A stretch of DNA of 64,000 bases from an uncultured Leptospiraceae bacterium. GTDB lineage: Bacteria; Spirochaetota; UBA4802; UB4802. How positions within the stretch are numbered: the stretch's first letter is position 1; each line of letters begins with the position of its first letter. A program made the translations under genes and the position numbers. The notes beneath the pieces are model-generated. The model searched no databases. It worked only from the letters and a program-made list of their open reading frames with translations, and had not been told where the DNA came from. This document shows positions 11,880-22,300 of the stretch, one piece after another. Location: the NCBI GenBank assembly GCA_964486725.1, contig CAZAOK010000001.1, positions 49,213 to 113,212 on the forward strand. The letters run 5' to 3'.

Positions 11880-12305
11880 ATGGCATTAGCGAAAACCGGT
11901 GGAGATGTAGCAAATAACGTAATAGGCGAAAGTTCATATTTTACCGGAAGGTTCCTCATAAACGGTTCCTTGAGAATTGATGGTAGATTTGAGGGGAAAT
12001 ACCTGCAGGCAGATCAACTCTATATTGGATCGAATGGGAAAATCAGAACAAATATTAATGCTGTTTCAGTCATAATTGAAGGCATGGTGATAGGCAATAT
12101 TAATGCGTCAAACAGGGTTCTTCTTATGCCCACCGCGAAAATACTGGGTGATATTAAAACTCCTGAACTCATAATACAAAATGGTGTTATACTGGAAGGT
12201 CGATGTACTATTGCCAATGATCTGAAATCTTCGGCGAAAGATCTCATTGACGCCGAATACGAGAAGAACAAGCTTGTACCAGAGGAGTTCCTTGCGGAAT
12301 CATAA
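11880..12305 (+). CDS. Bactofilin (polymer-forming cytoskeletal protein)
   Basis: Repetitive beta-helix pattern: GRFLINGSLRIDGRFEGKYLQADQLYIGSNGKIRTNINAVSVIIEGMVIGNINASNRVLLMPTAKILGDIKTPELIIQNGVILEG. Confidence 0.85.
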   Translation: MALAKTGGDVANNVIGESSYFTGRFLINGSLRIDGRFEGKYLQADQLYIGSNGKIRTNINAVSVIIEGMVIGNINASNRVLLMPTAKILGDIKTPELIIQNGVILEGRCTIANDLKSSAKDLIDAEYEKNKLVPEEFLAES

Positions 12306-12324
12306 ACAAGTAATTGGTGTCACC

Positions 12325-13290
12325 ATGGGGGATCCGGCGGGTGTGGGTCCTGAAATAGCATTAAAAACCTTTGCTAAACTGAAAGAATCAAGCCTGCCTT
12401 TTATTCCCGTGTTGATTGGATCATTCGAAGTATTGAAGCTGTATAATCCTGATAAGCTTGATACATATACTATAACCGACCCGGAAAACCTGCATACACA
12501 ACTAAATAATACAGATTCTCACGTTATCTGCGATGTGCCCTTCTCAGGGGAGCTGCCTGTTCCAGGCAGGGGAAATGAAAATACTGGTCGAGAATCACTG
12601 CGATACGTGGATATTGCCCTGGATTTATGGAAAAGAGGGATAATCAACTGCATGGTAACGGGACCGGTAAGCAAATCCCTGATCGAAAGAAGTGGTGTCC
12701 CATTTACCGGGCATACTGAATATATTGCAAACTATATTGGTGAAGATAATCCATCCATGCTAATGTTTTCTCCGAAATACAGGGTACTACTTGTAACCAC
12801 ACACATACCAGTTTCACGCGTGAAAGATGAAGTTACCAGTGCAAAGATTCAGCATGTGATCGAAACCGGTTACCATGCAATTTCAAAAATTGAAGGAAGA
12901 CCTGCACGTATGGCTATATGTGGTCTTGATCCACACTGTGGTGATGGGGGCGCAATTGGTGAATTTGACACAACTGTAACGGTAACCATGGTTGAGAAAT
13001 TGAAACAAATGGGTATGCATATTTCGGGTCCGTACGCGGCAGATACATTGTTTATGCCTGCAAAATGGGAACAGTATGATTGTGTAGTGGCAATGTATCA
13101 TGACCAGGGATTGATACCATTCAAGGTTCTGGCCTTTGAGGATGGAGTTAATGTGACACTGGGACTCTCAATTGTAAGAACTTCTGTTGATCATGGAACA
13201 GCATTTGATATTGCGGGAAAAAACCTGGCAGGATATTCAAGCATGGTTAAGGCGGTACACCTCGCGTATTTACTTCTTACGGGTAAGTGA
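12325..13290 (+). CDS. pdxA: 4-hydroxythreonine-4-phosphate dehydrogenase PdxA
   Basis: MGDPAGVGPEI, TGHTEY, MYHDQGLIPFK and RTSVDHGTAFDIAGK. The ORF is open from 12247 and would overlap bactofilin by 59 nt, so ATG 12325 is preferred. The start is uncertain. Confidence 0.9.
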   Translation: MGDPAGVGPEIALKTFAKLKESSLPFIPVLIGSFEVLKLYNPDKLDTYTITDPENLHTQLNNTDSHVICDVPFSGELPVPGRGNENTGRESLRYVDIALDLWKRGIINCMVTGPVSKSLIERSGVPFTGHTEYIANYIGEDNPSMLMFSPKYRVLLVTTHIPVSRVKDEVTSAKIQHVIETGYHAISKIEGRPARMAICGLDPHCGDGGAIGEFDTTVTVTMVEKLKQMGMHISGPYAADTLFMPAKWEQYDCVVAMYHDQGLIPFKVLAFEDGVNVTLGLSIVRTSVDHGTAFDIAGKNLAGYSSMVKAVHLAYLLLTGK

Positions 13291-13314
13291 CCATTAAGCT
13301 TGTCTAATCACGTA

Positions 13315-13743
13315 CTACTTGATTAGTGTACATAGACGTTTTGATAACTTGAGGGCAAGATCATTCATGTTATCCCCCTGGATGTTTATGAAATGAATGT
13401 ATTTTGCCTTGTTCACCGGTTTTATTATTACAAGAACCGATAGATATCCCTTCTCCCTTGTTTGTTGAATACTGCCACTTGATGTTTCCATGTCGATGCT
13501 GAATCTTTCAATGCCGGAAGAATATGAATAAATTACAATTTTAATTTCTCGATGGGCTTTCAGTGCTTTTTCTTTCAGGGGCATTTGACATTTTTTAATT
13601 ATTGTTTCCCTGTATTGTTCAAGGCCATGGGGAACAACGAAAAGTATCCCGGATGTAGATTGGTTGTAGACTTCCTTTTCAGTTGTTGCGCATGCGGCCA
13701 GGCCGCATATCAGGATTATGATTCCAATAGTATGTGCTCTCAT
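13315..13743 (-). CDS. Hypothetical lipoprotein
   Basis: Lipobox-like N-terminus MRAHTIGIIILICGLAAC. No recognised family. Confidence 0.55.
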   Translation of the reverse strand: MRAHTIGIIILICGLAACATTEKEVYNQSTSGILFVVPHGLEQYRETIIKKCQMPLKEKALKAHREIKIVIYSYSSGIERFSIDMETSSGSIQQTREKGYLSVLVIIKPVNKAKYIHFINIQGDNMNDLALKLSKRLCTLIK

Positions 13744-14194
13744 TTTTTACCACTTTGTATTGTCAGGGTTTTCTATTCGTTCAATCTCATCAGATCGTTA
13801 CAGTTTTGCTCCCTTGTCATTCCGGCACTTCGGCCGGAACAGCTCTTAGGTTGCCTGGTGTAAAAAGCGATACTAACATGTATTGACCAACTTGCTGTGC
13901 CGCCGTGTGGCAGTGCGAACACAAGTTCAGTTTTCATGATACAACTATAAAAAATCATCCGCGTTAATCTGCGTTCATTGAGCGAAGCGGGCGGTTCCAA
14001 ATATTTGAATAGATTTAATACGAATGTCAACAGAAAATAGGAGTCATTTGCAAACTAAAGAATGACGATATGTAAAGGTAAGAAAGACAGGGCCAGAAAT
14101 TATACAGAAAATGGATTGATTTTTTTCGCTTATCACAGTAATAAATTGATATAGAGCAACTGGTGTGAATATTTTAGTTATGTTGAGTTAAATT

Positions 14195-14635
14195 ATGGAG
14201 AAAACACTTCTGGAAACATCAATATTTTTATTTATCTCAATCTGGGGATTTACCATACTCTTCCTGTGGTTCAGGCCCCGAATCGAGATATTCTGGAAAA
14301 TTATCGCTACGGTTATATATGCATTTTATATATGGTTTTTTTACAGGGAAATAATGACTGGTTATGAGTTATTTACCGGGGCTTATTTTGATGTAACAAT
14401 GAGGTTTCTAAAGGAGTTTATAACCCTTATTTTCATGAACCTGTTTTTTCTCTGGCCGCTTGCCCTTATTATTATTTTCTACAAGTCAAGTGATCTCGGT
14501 GCTGAAAGGCTTCTGAAGTTCATGTGCATACTTACACTGGTTTTATGGATAGTATTTGTTGTGTATGTATTTTACCAGAAGGGTATAGATGAGTTTCTTT
14601 TCGAAAACCTTAAGAAAATGCTTCCAGATGCGTAA
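14195..14635 (+). CDS. Hypothetical integral membrane protein
   Basis: 146 aa with about four hydrophobic segments rich in F/W/I/L. Confidence 0.55.
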   Translation: MEKTLLETSIFLFISIWGFTILFLWFRPRIEIFWKIIATVIYAFYIWFFYREIMTGYELFTGAYFDVTMRFLKEFITLIFMNLFFLWPLALIIIFYKSSDLGAERLLKFMCILTLVLWIVFVVYVFYQKGIDEFLFENLKKMLPDA

Positions 14636-15137
14636 AATATTTCCGGTCATTTGTGTTTTTTGTATCCTGTGTATTTTTGTTAGCTACGGGGAGGGTGAAA
14701 ATAAGAACGCGTCATGGTATTACAATAAGGGTGCCAGCGAGGCGGTAAAAGGGGACCTGAAAGAGGCGATTAATTTTTTTAAAAAATCACTGGAAAGGAA
14801 TTCCTATTTCACGCTGGCACATTACGGGCTTGGTAAAGCCTTTCTTTACACTGGAAACATCAATGAAGCCGTAACCCATCTTCAAAAAGCTGTAGATTAT
14901 GACAGGCGTTTTGCTCCTTCCTTTTTTTATCTCGGTATGGCATACCTTTTTGATAAAAGATATAATGCAGCAGTTCAAGCTTTCATGAATGCGGTGAAAT
15001 TGGACCCTTCAATGGTTGAAGCATTGTATAATATTGGTGTAGCATATGAAGAAACAGGTAGAAGTATTAAAGCACGCATTTATTATGAAAAATACCTGTA
15101 TGAACGTGAGAAGAAAGAATCGAACATTCTTTTTTGA
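14628..15137 (+). CDS. TPR repeat protein with signal peptide
   Basis: ATG 14628 overlaps the upstream stop (ATGCGTAA). Signal MRKIFPVICVFCILCIFVSYG. TPR-like repeats (AHYGLGKAFLYTGNINEAVTHLQKAVDYD, FFYLGMAYLFDKRYNAAVQAFMNAVKLDP). Confidence 0.7.
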   Translation: MRKIFPVICVFCILCIFVSYGEGENKNASWYYNKGASEAVKGDLKEAINFFKKSLERNSYFTLAHYGLGKAFLYTGNINEAVTHLQKAVDYDRRFAPSFFYLGMAYLFDKRYNAAVQAFMNAVKLDPSMVEALYNIGVAYEETGRSIKARIYYEKYLYEREKKESNILF

Positions 15138-15458
15138 TTATTTAATATCCTTTTCATCATCGATAAGTGAAAAATACTGCAGAACTCCTGAAACTTTGAA
15201 AAGAGCTTTTATTGATGGATTAACATGAAGAAAATAAAGTGAGGTTTCTTTTTCTTTAAGATCATTTTGTATCTTAATAAATGTGCCAAGCGTAAAACTG
15301 TTTATGTAGGTGACTTTTTCCAGGTTTATTACTACGTTTTTCCCACTTGAGATGTTTTTATTGATGAATGCTTCCAGTTCTTCAGCGTTTTCTCTGTTAA
15401 TATCTTCATTGATGTCAAAAATTAGACTTTTTTTCTTTTCCCTCATTTGTATGTCCAT
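15138..15458 (-). CDS. STAS domain protein (anti-sigma-factor antagonist-like)
   Basis: NLEKVTYINSFTLGTFIKIQNDLKEKETSLYFLHVNPSIKALFKVSGVLQYF matches the SpoIIAA/STAS pattern. Its stop codon abuts the convergent TPR stop with no gap. Confidence 0.7.
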   Translation of the reverse strand: MDIQMREKKKSLIFDINEDINRENAEELEAFINKNISSGKNVVINLEKVTYINSFTLGTFIKIQNDLKEKETSLYFLHVNPSIKALFKVSGVLQYFSLIDDEKDIK

Positions 15459-15488
15459 TAACTGCTCCTGTAATACCCATAATAATAA

Positions 15489-15518
15489 ATATGGTGAGCG
15501 TAAATACGCTCACCATAT
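15489..15518 (-). terminator. Hairpin terminator downstream of the Ig-like protein gene
   Basis: Perfect 13-bp stem atatggtgagcgt / acgctcaccatat with loop aaat. On the minus strand it is followed by a U-rich ttattatat. Confidence 0.55.
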
Positions 15519-15557
15519 AAAATATTCATTAAATCCAGTGGTTTATCCAGTGGTTTA

Positions 15558-16625
15558 TTAGTCAACTGTCCTGATCTTAGTCTCAGGAGGAATAACGTCA
15601 ACATATACAGAAAGGAGTTTAACACCTGATGCGTTTCCAACCTTGTCAACAGACTTGGCTTCAATCAGGTGTTCACCGTTCTTAGAAAACTGAATTGGTT
15701 CGGTATATTTCACAAAGTTTCCCTTCCCGTCAAGCCTGATCAAAAGATCGGCAACACCTGATTCGGTGTCATTTGCTGTTACTTCATATGTGTAATCTAC
15801 GGAAGCAACTTTCTTGCCGTCTTTGTCTATGAATTCTTTATCAGCCTTGATTTCAACAGTTGGTGGGGTATTGTCAACATAAAAAGAAACCGAATCACCT
15901 TCAAGTTCTTGAAGGTTACCGTTTTCGTCCAATACTTTAAGAGAGTATTTTTCTGTAGTATTGAGTACGTTATCCTTAGCTTTTAACTTTAAGGATGAAT
16001 CGCCGGTTGAGTCAAACGTGAATGGGGCTACATACTCGGTGTAGTTGTTTCCATCAAATGAATACTCAACCTGTTTTACGCCTGAAGCATTATCTTTTGC
16101 GTCAACGGAAAAAGAAAATTCCTGTGATGCGTAATACTTATCACCTGATTTCACAACAGGCTGCGAGGCAGTGACTGATACTTCAGGTGCGGTGTTGTCA
16201 ACCACAACCTTGAAGTATTTCATGTCTTCAGTGTTACCAACCCGGTCAACACCGTAATAGCTGATGTTATGCTTGCCTTCTTCTGTGAGCTGGAAGGGAG
16301 ATTCGTAGACCTTCTCTTCTTCATCATTAATCTTATACATAACCTTGTCAGCAAGAAGATTGTCCTTTACAGAAAGTTCAAACTTGACTCTTGAATTAAC
16401 ATAATGATTTAGTCCATCAAAATGTGAAGCTGCCTTTTCAGCATCGGTTGCTATGACTTCATCTTTACTAAGCTCGTCTGATTCAGGACTTTCTGTATCA
16501 GGAGTTTCGGCTGTGTCCTCCATCGTTTCTTCTGTTTCTGCAGGCTCTTCCTGTGAAAATGATACAGTGGAAAAAGCCAGTGCAATGAAACAACAAAGAG
16601 AAAGAATAAAAATTCTCTTTAACAT
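15558..16625 (-). CDS. Secreted protein with repeated Ig-like domains
   Basis: Likely start is ATG 16625 (MLKRIFILSLCCFIALAFS) with GGAGGT at 16631-16636; the ORF is open to GTG 16685. Repeated module boundaries VDNTAPEVSV, VDNTPPTVEI and VDVIPPETKI, plus DAKDNASGVKQVEYSFDG. Confidence 0.7.
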   Translation of the reverse strand: MLKRIFILSLCCFIALAFSTVSFSQEEPAETEETMEDTAETPDTESPESDELSKDEVIATDAEKAASHFDGLNHYVNSRVKFELSVKDNLLADKVMYKINDEEEKVYESPFQLTEEGKHNISYYGVDRVGNTEDMKYFKVVVDNTAPEVSVTASQPVVKSGDKYYASQEFSFSVDAKDNASGVKQVEYSFDGNNYTEYVAPFTFDSTGDSSLKLKAKDNVLNTTEKYSLKVLDENGNLQELEGDSVSFYVDNTPPTVEIKADKEFIDKDGKKVASVDYTYEVTANDTESGVADLLIRLDGKGNFVKYTEPIQFSKNGEHLIEAKSVDKVGNASGVKLLSVYVDVIPPETKIRTVD

Positions 16626-16765
16626 ATATAACCTCCGGGGTTTATTTAATTTTATTGCGGATTCTGCGTAGGAACAGAAATGCACACATTATTATTTTGT
16701 TTATATTACTAAACATGGCGGCGTTTTGTCAATTCGATTTTTACTGTACTCCTTCGTTACGGGGA

Positions 16766-17212
16766 TTATTTTTCAAGAAAGATTTCAGCATAATTCTGAA
16801 ATAACCGTACGATCTCCCTGTAATGATATTTCGAACCAGGATATGAAGTATTATCCTCGATCCTGAAGGTATTGGAGAATTCTTTATCGGTGACCGAAAC
16901 AAGATAATACGGGTTTTCTGAGCCGGGTTGGTAGTAGTCATTGAGACGCCATATTCCCTTTTTGTTCATTTTCTTAATAAAATCAAGGTATGCCTCACGG
17001 GGGAGTGATGCCCTGCGTTTAAGATCAGGAATATTGTTTGAAGCGATATAATAGTTGTCATTTTCCCTGTATATCTCGATTGACCACTGGCTGTAATAAA
17101 AGGGGAGGGGATGATATGAAACAATGCACCTGTAGTCGGCAGCAGAGAGGATACCTGTAGATAGAAGAAAACTGATGAAGAAAAGATAGATTGTTAACCT
17201 CTGTGTGAACAT
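16766..17212 (-). CDS. Hypothetical secreted protein
   Basis: Signal peptide MFTQRLTIYLFFISFLLSTGILSA. Overlaps the NUDIX gene by 19 nt, which suggests one operon. Confidence 0.5.
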   Translation of the reverse strand: MFTQRLTIYLFFISFLLSTGILSAADYRCIVSYHPLPFYYSQWSIEIYRENDNYYIASNNIPDLKRRASLPREAYLDFIKKMNKKGIWRLNDYYQPGSENPYYLVSVTDKEFSNTFRIEDNTSYPGSKYHYREIVRLFQNYAEIFLEK

Positions 17213-17784
17213 GAATAGAGATCCCTTAGTTTTCCCGATGGTATGTGTGAGTATGGTGACAGGAAGAAAAGACTTAATGCTGTAACGATGATAGTATGAT
17301 TGATGGTGCCATTTGATATCATTTGAAGTGCTTCATATTGAGAAACGGTAATAACCTCGATATCTTCGGCAATGTCAAGCGACTGGTCAGCGATTTTATT
17401 TGAATTCAGCGCAAGATAGAAGTGTATGTAGTTTGACATGATGGCGGGATTGGCAGAAAGCTTTTTCATAAGGATCATTTGGCCTGCCTGGTAACCTGTT
17501 TCTTCAAGTAATTCTCTTTGTGCGGATATTTCAGGTAATTCTCCATCATTCATAAGCCCGGCTACGGTTTCAATTGTTATCTCATCGGTACCAAGCCGGT
17601 GCTGTTTTACAAGAACCAGCCTGTCATCGCGGGTAAGAACTACGATATTGATCCAGTCAGGATTGTTCAGAACATAGAAATCATGCGTTACATCTTTTCC
17701 AGGATGATAGCAACGCAGGTCGTCGATGGAGAATATCCGCCTGTTAAAGAGTTCCCTGCGTTCCTTGATGTCCCATTTTATCAT
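17194..17784 (-). CDS. NUDIX hydrolase (ADP-ribose pyrophosphatase-like)
   Basis: Nudix box GLMNDGELPEISAQRELLEETGY. The start is ambiguous among ATG 17784, ATG 17814 and GTG 17850. Confidence 0.8.
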   Translation of the reverse strand: MIKWDIKERRELFNRRIFSIDDLRCYHPGKDVTHDFYVLNNPDWINIVVLTRDDRLVLVKQHRLGTDEITIETVAGLMNDGELPEISAQRELLEETGYQAGQMILMKKLSANPAIMSNYIHFYLALNSNKIADQSLDIAEDIEVITVSQYEALQMISNGTINHTIIVTALSLFFLSPYSHIPSGKLRDLYSCSHRG

Positions 17785-17868
17785 TTTAAGCCCCGGTAAG
17801 ATAATTGAAATCATGTAATAATATACCCTGATTAATGAGGGGGTCAACACATTAACGCTAAATAGTAT

Positions 17869-17897
17869 TTGACCAATTACTGGAGTACACGTAAAGT
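17869..17897 (+). promoter_or_regulatory. Sigma70-type promoter candidate upstream of the VanW gene
   Basis: TTGACC (17869-17874), a 17-nt spacer, then TAAAGT (17892-17897). Confidence 0.3.
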
Positions 17898-17954
17898 ACT
17901 TTCCACTATAAGGCCGGTGTAATTCTTATGATATTACTCAGGTGGTGAATTCTA

Positions 17955-18659
17955 ATGAAGAAAACACGATTTATTCCTTCAATTCTCCTGGCTGGGTATC
18001 TATGCCTGCCCGTATATGCTATGCCTGGATTGAAGGTGGTGGCAAACTTCTCTACGTCAGTGAACGACCAGACCCCGGAAGTGAAAAAAAATATTGCGAT
18101 AGCCTGTGACAGGCTTGATGGTTTTGTGCTGGAACCGGGATCAGTGCTCTCTTTTAATGGAATCGTTGGTGAAGGCTCAGCGGCGAATGGGTTTGCAAAT
18201 GGTAATGTATTATACCAGGATGAGGTTGTTATAGAGCCGGGTGGAGGATTGTGCCAGGTTTCATCAACACTTTTTAATGCCATGCTTATGGCAGGTTGTG
18301 CCATCGTGGAACGTCACAGGCATTATCAGCCGGTTACCTATGTACCCCTGGGCCTGGATGCAGCAATTAAGTATGGAAAGAAGGACCTGCGCATCAGAAA
18401 TCCTCATGACCAGCCGCTATATATCAGCGCAGTAATGAATAACAGCAGCCTGGCAATTAGCATACGGGCCGCCAATTCCCTGAAATATACATACGAGCTT
18501 GTAACAGAAGAAGAGGATGTATCACTCCCACTTGATTCAGATGATGCGATACGACCGGGTGTGTCAGTATACGTGTATAGAAACAAGATGGAAAAGGGTA
18601 AAATTATTGAGTCATTTCTCATGTACAAGGATTATTATCCGCCGGTTAGATTGCGATGA
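17955..18659 (+). CDS. VanW family protein
   Basis: Signal peptide plus VanW core GGGLCQVSSTLFNAMLMAGCAIVERHRHYQPVTYVPLGLDAAIKYGKKDLRIRNP. Confidence 0.8.
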   Translation: MKKTRFIPSILLAGYLCLPVYAMPGLKVVANFSTSVNDQTPEVKKNIAIACDRLDGFVLEPGSVLSFNGIVGEGSAANGFANGNVLYQDEVVIEPGGGLCQVSSTLFNAMLMAGCAIVERHRHYQPVTYVPLGLDAAIKYGKKDLRIRNPHDQPLYISAVMNNSSLAISIRAANSLKYTYELVTEEEDVSLPLDSDDAIRPGVSVYVYRNKMEKGKIIESFLMYKDYYPPVRLR

Positions 18660-19285
18660 CGCGACCGGTGGCACAGGTTTTGATTGTTGTTTCGTTAATG
18701 TTAGTGACCATTGTTGTGGTATGCCCCCCGGTGGCGTCTCATCCAGGTGATGACCTGGAAAGCTGGAGTACAATCAGGGGGTCAACTGAAGAGAAATGTT
18801 TGTTTCACTGGCTCAGGCAAAAGGGGACCGGATACCTGCGGGATCAGGGTGGTAATGAACATTTTTCATGCGCCCTCCCGGAATTTTATGGCAGGTTCGG
18901 GCTTTTTATTACACTGGTATATAATGGCAGGGTCAGGGGCTGTTATGGCGCCTTTCATCATGCAACTGATAACGTTGAAAGTATTCTGGGTGATTATTTA
19001 AAAGGGGCATTGACACGGGACAACAGGCACAGGCCGCTGGAGGCCCATGAGTTTGAAAAGAGCAGTATTATACTGACAGTGGCATCAGGTCTGTACCCGG
19101 TTGTCTCACTTGAAACTCTTGATATAAGCCGTTTCGGTATAAAGGCTCATTGCGGGGATGGCAGCATTCTTGTCATTGTCCCCTCCGAAATTAAAAGCAT
19201 AGAGTATTTGAAAAAGATACTTTCGCCATACGATGTTGTGCAGCTGTTCGCGTTCAGGTGTGTTACCCTCAGGGGAGAACCGTAA
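18656..19285 (+). CDS. AMMECR1-like domain protein with N-terminal signal/anchor
   Basis: ATGA start/stop overlap with the VanW gene. Hydrophobic N-terminus VLIVVSLMLVTIVVVCPPVA. AMMECR1-like core FGLFITLVYNGRVRGCYGAF, then RHRPLEAHEFEKSSIILTV. Confidence 0.6.
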   Translation: MTRPVAQVLIVVSLMLVTIVVVCPPVASHPGDDLESWSTIRGSTEEKCLFHWLRQKGTGYLRDQGGNEHFSCALPEFYGRFGLFITLVYNGRVRGCYGAFHHATDNVESILGDYLKGALTRDNRHRPLEAHEFEKSSIILTVASGLYPVVSLETLDISRFGIKAHCGDGSILVIVPSEIKSIEYLKKILSPYDVVQLFAFRCVTLRGEP

Positions 19286-19316
19286 CGCGCCACCAAACAT
19301 ATGAAGGAGTAAACAG

Positions 19317-22300
19317 ATGAAAAAGGTTATTGTGTGTGTAACTCTTATGCTGCTGGTGATTACGGGGTGTACGACCACCGGGAAAAAGCACATGGAGGAC
19401 GGGACAGTTGTGTATACCGGTGATGGCGATAAAAAACTGCAAAAAGAATACGTGGTGAAAGGCCGGGTGCTGGATGCACAGAGTAAAGACGCGGTTGCAG
19501 GAGCCACGGTGGAGCTGAAGAACGCCCAGATGGGGGTGGGCTACTACCTTGAAAAAACAGATAGCGGCGGTTATTTCAAAATTGAAAACTTTATACCTCA
19601 GGTACGATATATAATTGAAGTTGTAGCAGACGGCTACGTTACATATAAAACTACCGAAAAAGTGGAAACCGGAAAGAGAACTATCTACTTACAGAAAGAA
19701 GGCATTCTCACGGGTGTAGTTCGGGGAGGTGACGGTAAACCGGTACAAGGGGTGCAGGTAAAGCTGCGGCAGGCATCTTCCGGGTATGGACAGGGTAACA
19801 AGCCCTTTATACAGTCAACAGGTGATGATGGCAGTTACAGTTTTAACAAGCTTCCCGCCGGTAGATACATGGCAACCTTCAGTAAGCCGGGTTATATCAC
19901 CGAAACTGCCCGCATCAAGTATATTAAGAATGGTGAAACCTTCACCCTTCCCATGGTAGTATATGAACCGGCATCCATATCGGGGAAAATCGGTATTAAG
20001 CAACTGGATGCCCCAGCAATAAACGTGGACGTTCAGGCGGTTGGACGGGTAACGTATTCTGCCAGCACCTTCCATGATGGAACATATGTGCTTGAAGACC
20101 TGAAACCAGGTAATTACAAGCTGCGAGTTCATCACCGGGGATTTGATACAATGGAAACCTCTTCCTTCAAGATAACAGAAGGTGAGAGAAAGAAGGAATT
20201 TAATTACGAGGTAACCCCGAAAGATCCTGCATTAAGCGTGTACTCATACAGGTATACTTTTGTGCCGGGTAATAAACTTTCGTTTAACCTGCGTACATTT
20301 CGTCTTGAATCGGTAAAGGTGCGGGTATACCAGGTTCCCCTGAATACATTTTTACAGGGGCACGTTGACCCGGATACTATTGACCCGGGGAAAGAAAAAT
20401 TCAAGGTGTTCACAGAATGGAGTGAACCCATACACAATTTCAAACCATACGAATGGCGCTACCAGTCACTGGAATTGAAAGACCAGCTTCCAACCGGGGG
20501 CTATTGCATTGAAGTTGAAGGTGCAGGTAAAATGATCAGCCGGAAGTTCTTCTCTGTTACCTCGGTGGGGGTGGTGGCGAAGCGATCGCAATATTCAATG
20601 TTTACCTATGTGACCCATCTTGCTGAAAACAAACCCATCAAGGGTGCATCGGTGGTGGTATTTGACTCAACCCCCGAGAAGAAGCAGTACAGGTATTCTA
20701 CACATCCATACAAGCCGCCCAAACGGATAGAAGACCTGCCTGTAAAGATATTAAAGAAAGGGAAGACTGACAGCAATGGTGTGTTTACCTACAGGATGAA
20801 ATCCAGGAAGCATTATACTGTGCTGGTTATAGGAGAAGACGGCAGCTACGCCCTGTGCAGCACCGGGTCGCCATCGGCCTTCGACCGTGAGAAGAACAAG
20901 TACTTCATCTATACTGACAGGCCGGTATACAGGGCGGGTGACACGGTGTTTTACAAGGTGGTTGGCAAGGAAAGAAAGCGTAGATTTATGCCGCTTGACG
21001 GGCAGAAGCTGCATTACAGGATAATCAACAGGGATTTTAACAGTACGGTGGATGAGGGTCAGCTCACCCTTGACCAGTGGGGAACCTTTCACGGCAAGAT
21101 AGCCATGGCAGCAGATGCACGGCTTGGTGAATATGATATACGGGTTGGTCCCTCGAAGAAAAACCTGTATGCCGCCGGGCGTTATTACATGGAGCAATAC
21201 CGAAAACCGGAATTTAAAATAGACATCACCCCTTCAAAACCCTACTTCACCAACGGTGATACCGTTGAATTTAAGGTTGAGACGAAATACTTTTTCGGTG
21301 CCCCGCTGAAGAACGGGCTGGTGCGGTATCGTTTTTATGAAACCAGGATGCGTGATACCGATACCACCTACTGGTGGGAAGAGGATTATCCGTCACGTGA
21401 ATCATACAACCGTATACGCCTGGAAGGTGAGAAATATCTCAACGATGAAGGGGTTGCCGTATTGCGCTTTGACAGTGGCAACTACCCCTATGATCGTAAG
21501 ATCACCCTTGAGGCAACCGTGATGGACAAGTCTAATATCAGCATCACTTCGAGCAACTCGGTAAAGGTTGGCCGGGGGGAATATTATATTAAGATAAACC
21601 CTGATCAGAATTTTTACGCGGATAATGAAAAAAAGAAAATCGAGATCCAGACCCTGTCCCATACGGGTGACCCCATTCGTGCAGGGGTAAACCTGGATCT
21701 TTACCGTTACGTGTGGAAACCCCTGCAGCGTGTGTATGTACATGAAAAGCGACCGCTGTTTTCAAAAAAGATCACTACTGACAAAAAAGGCCGGGCAACG
21801 GTAGAACTACCCCGAAAGTTTTCATACTACGGCGAGTTTGACCTGGTTGCCGAAAGCACCGACCGTTATAATAACAGGATCAACGCCAACAGGATCATCT
21901 GGGTATACAGTAAGCAGGGTGGAGAGATAAAGTCAAAATTGAAGAACCTTGAACTTACGGTGGACAAGACAAGCCTTAAAGAACCCGGCAGGATCACCTG
22001 CCTGGTGAAAAGCAGGTTCACCGATTCATACGTGTGCCTCACACTTGAGGGGCGTGACGTGTACCACTCCAGGGTGGTGAAAATGAAAGGGAATATTACA
22101 CCGGTGACATTTGAGGTGAAACCTGAATACGCACCGAACTTCTATCTTACCGCAACCATGCAGAGAAAACGTGCACTGTATACCAGCAGGGTTGATATTG
22201 AACTTCCGGTTGCGGAAACCGGTCTTTCCATCGAAATGAAAAATGACAAAAAGGTATATAAACCCGGAGAAAAGGCAACGGTACATATCAAGGTAACAGA

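Noticed and set aside
12247-12324. Extended pdxA start at 12247 overlapping bactofilin by 59 nt, and similar long-ORF starts (991 atpA, 29961 CNNM, 39370 DUF115, 51340 flhG, 57901 cheD, 16685 Ig-like protein).
   Set aside because: In each case a downstream start gives a canonical family N-terminus and/or has a clear Shine-Dalgarno sequence. The upstream extension overlaps the preceding gene or a predicted promoter.
13955-13975. Possible short dispersed repeat: tcatccgcgttaatctgcgtt (13955-13975) versus tcatccaggttaatccgtggt (29800-29820), 16/21 identical, both intergenic.
   Set aside because: By my rough estimate, a 6+7-nt shared core among a few kb of intergenic DNA could arise by chance. 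With only two weak copies in the window I cannot support a repeat family. A genome-wide search would be needed.
13773-14030. 85-aa minus-strand ORF in the 13.7-14.2 kb intergenic region.
   Set aside because: It has no RBS and spans hairpin and repeat-like DNA. Its translation resembles the spurious peptides produced by palindromic repeats.
15533-15556. Tandem duplication atccagtggttt x2, just after the stop of the Ig-like protein gene.
   Set aside because: There are only two units with no spacers, so it is not CRISPR-like. It is probably a simple slippage duplication with no evident function.
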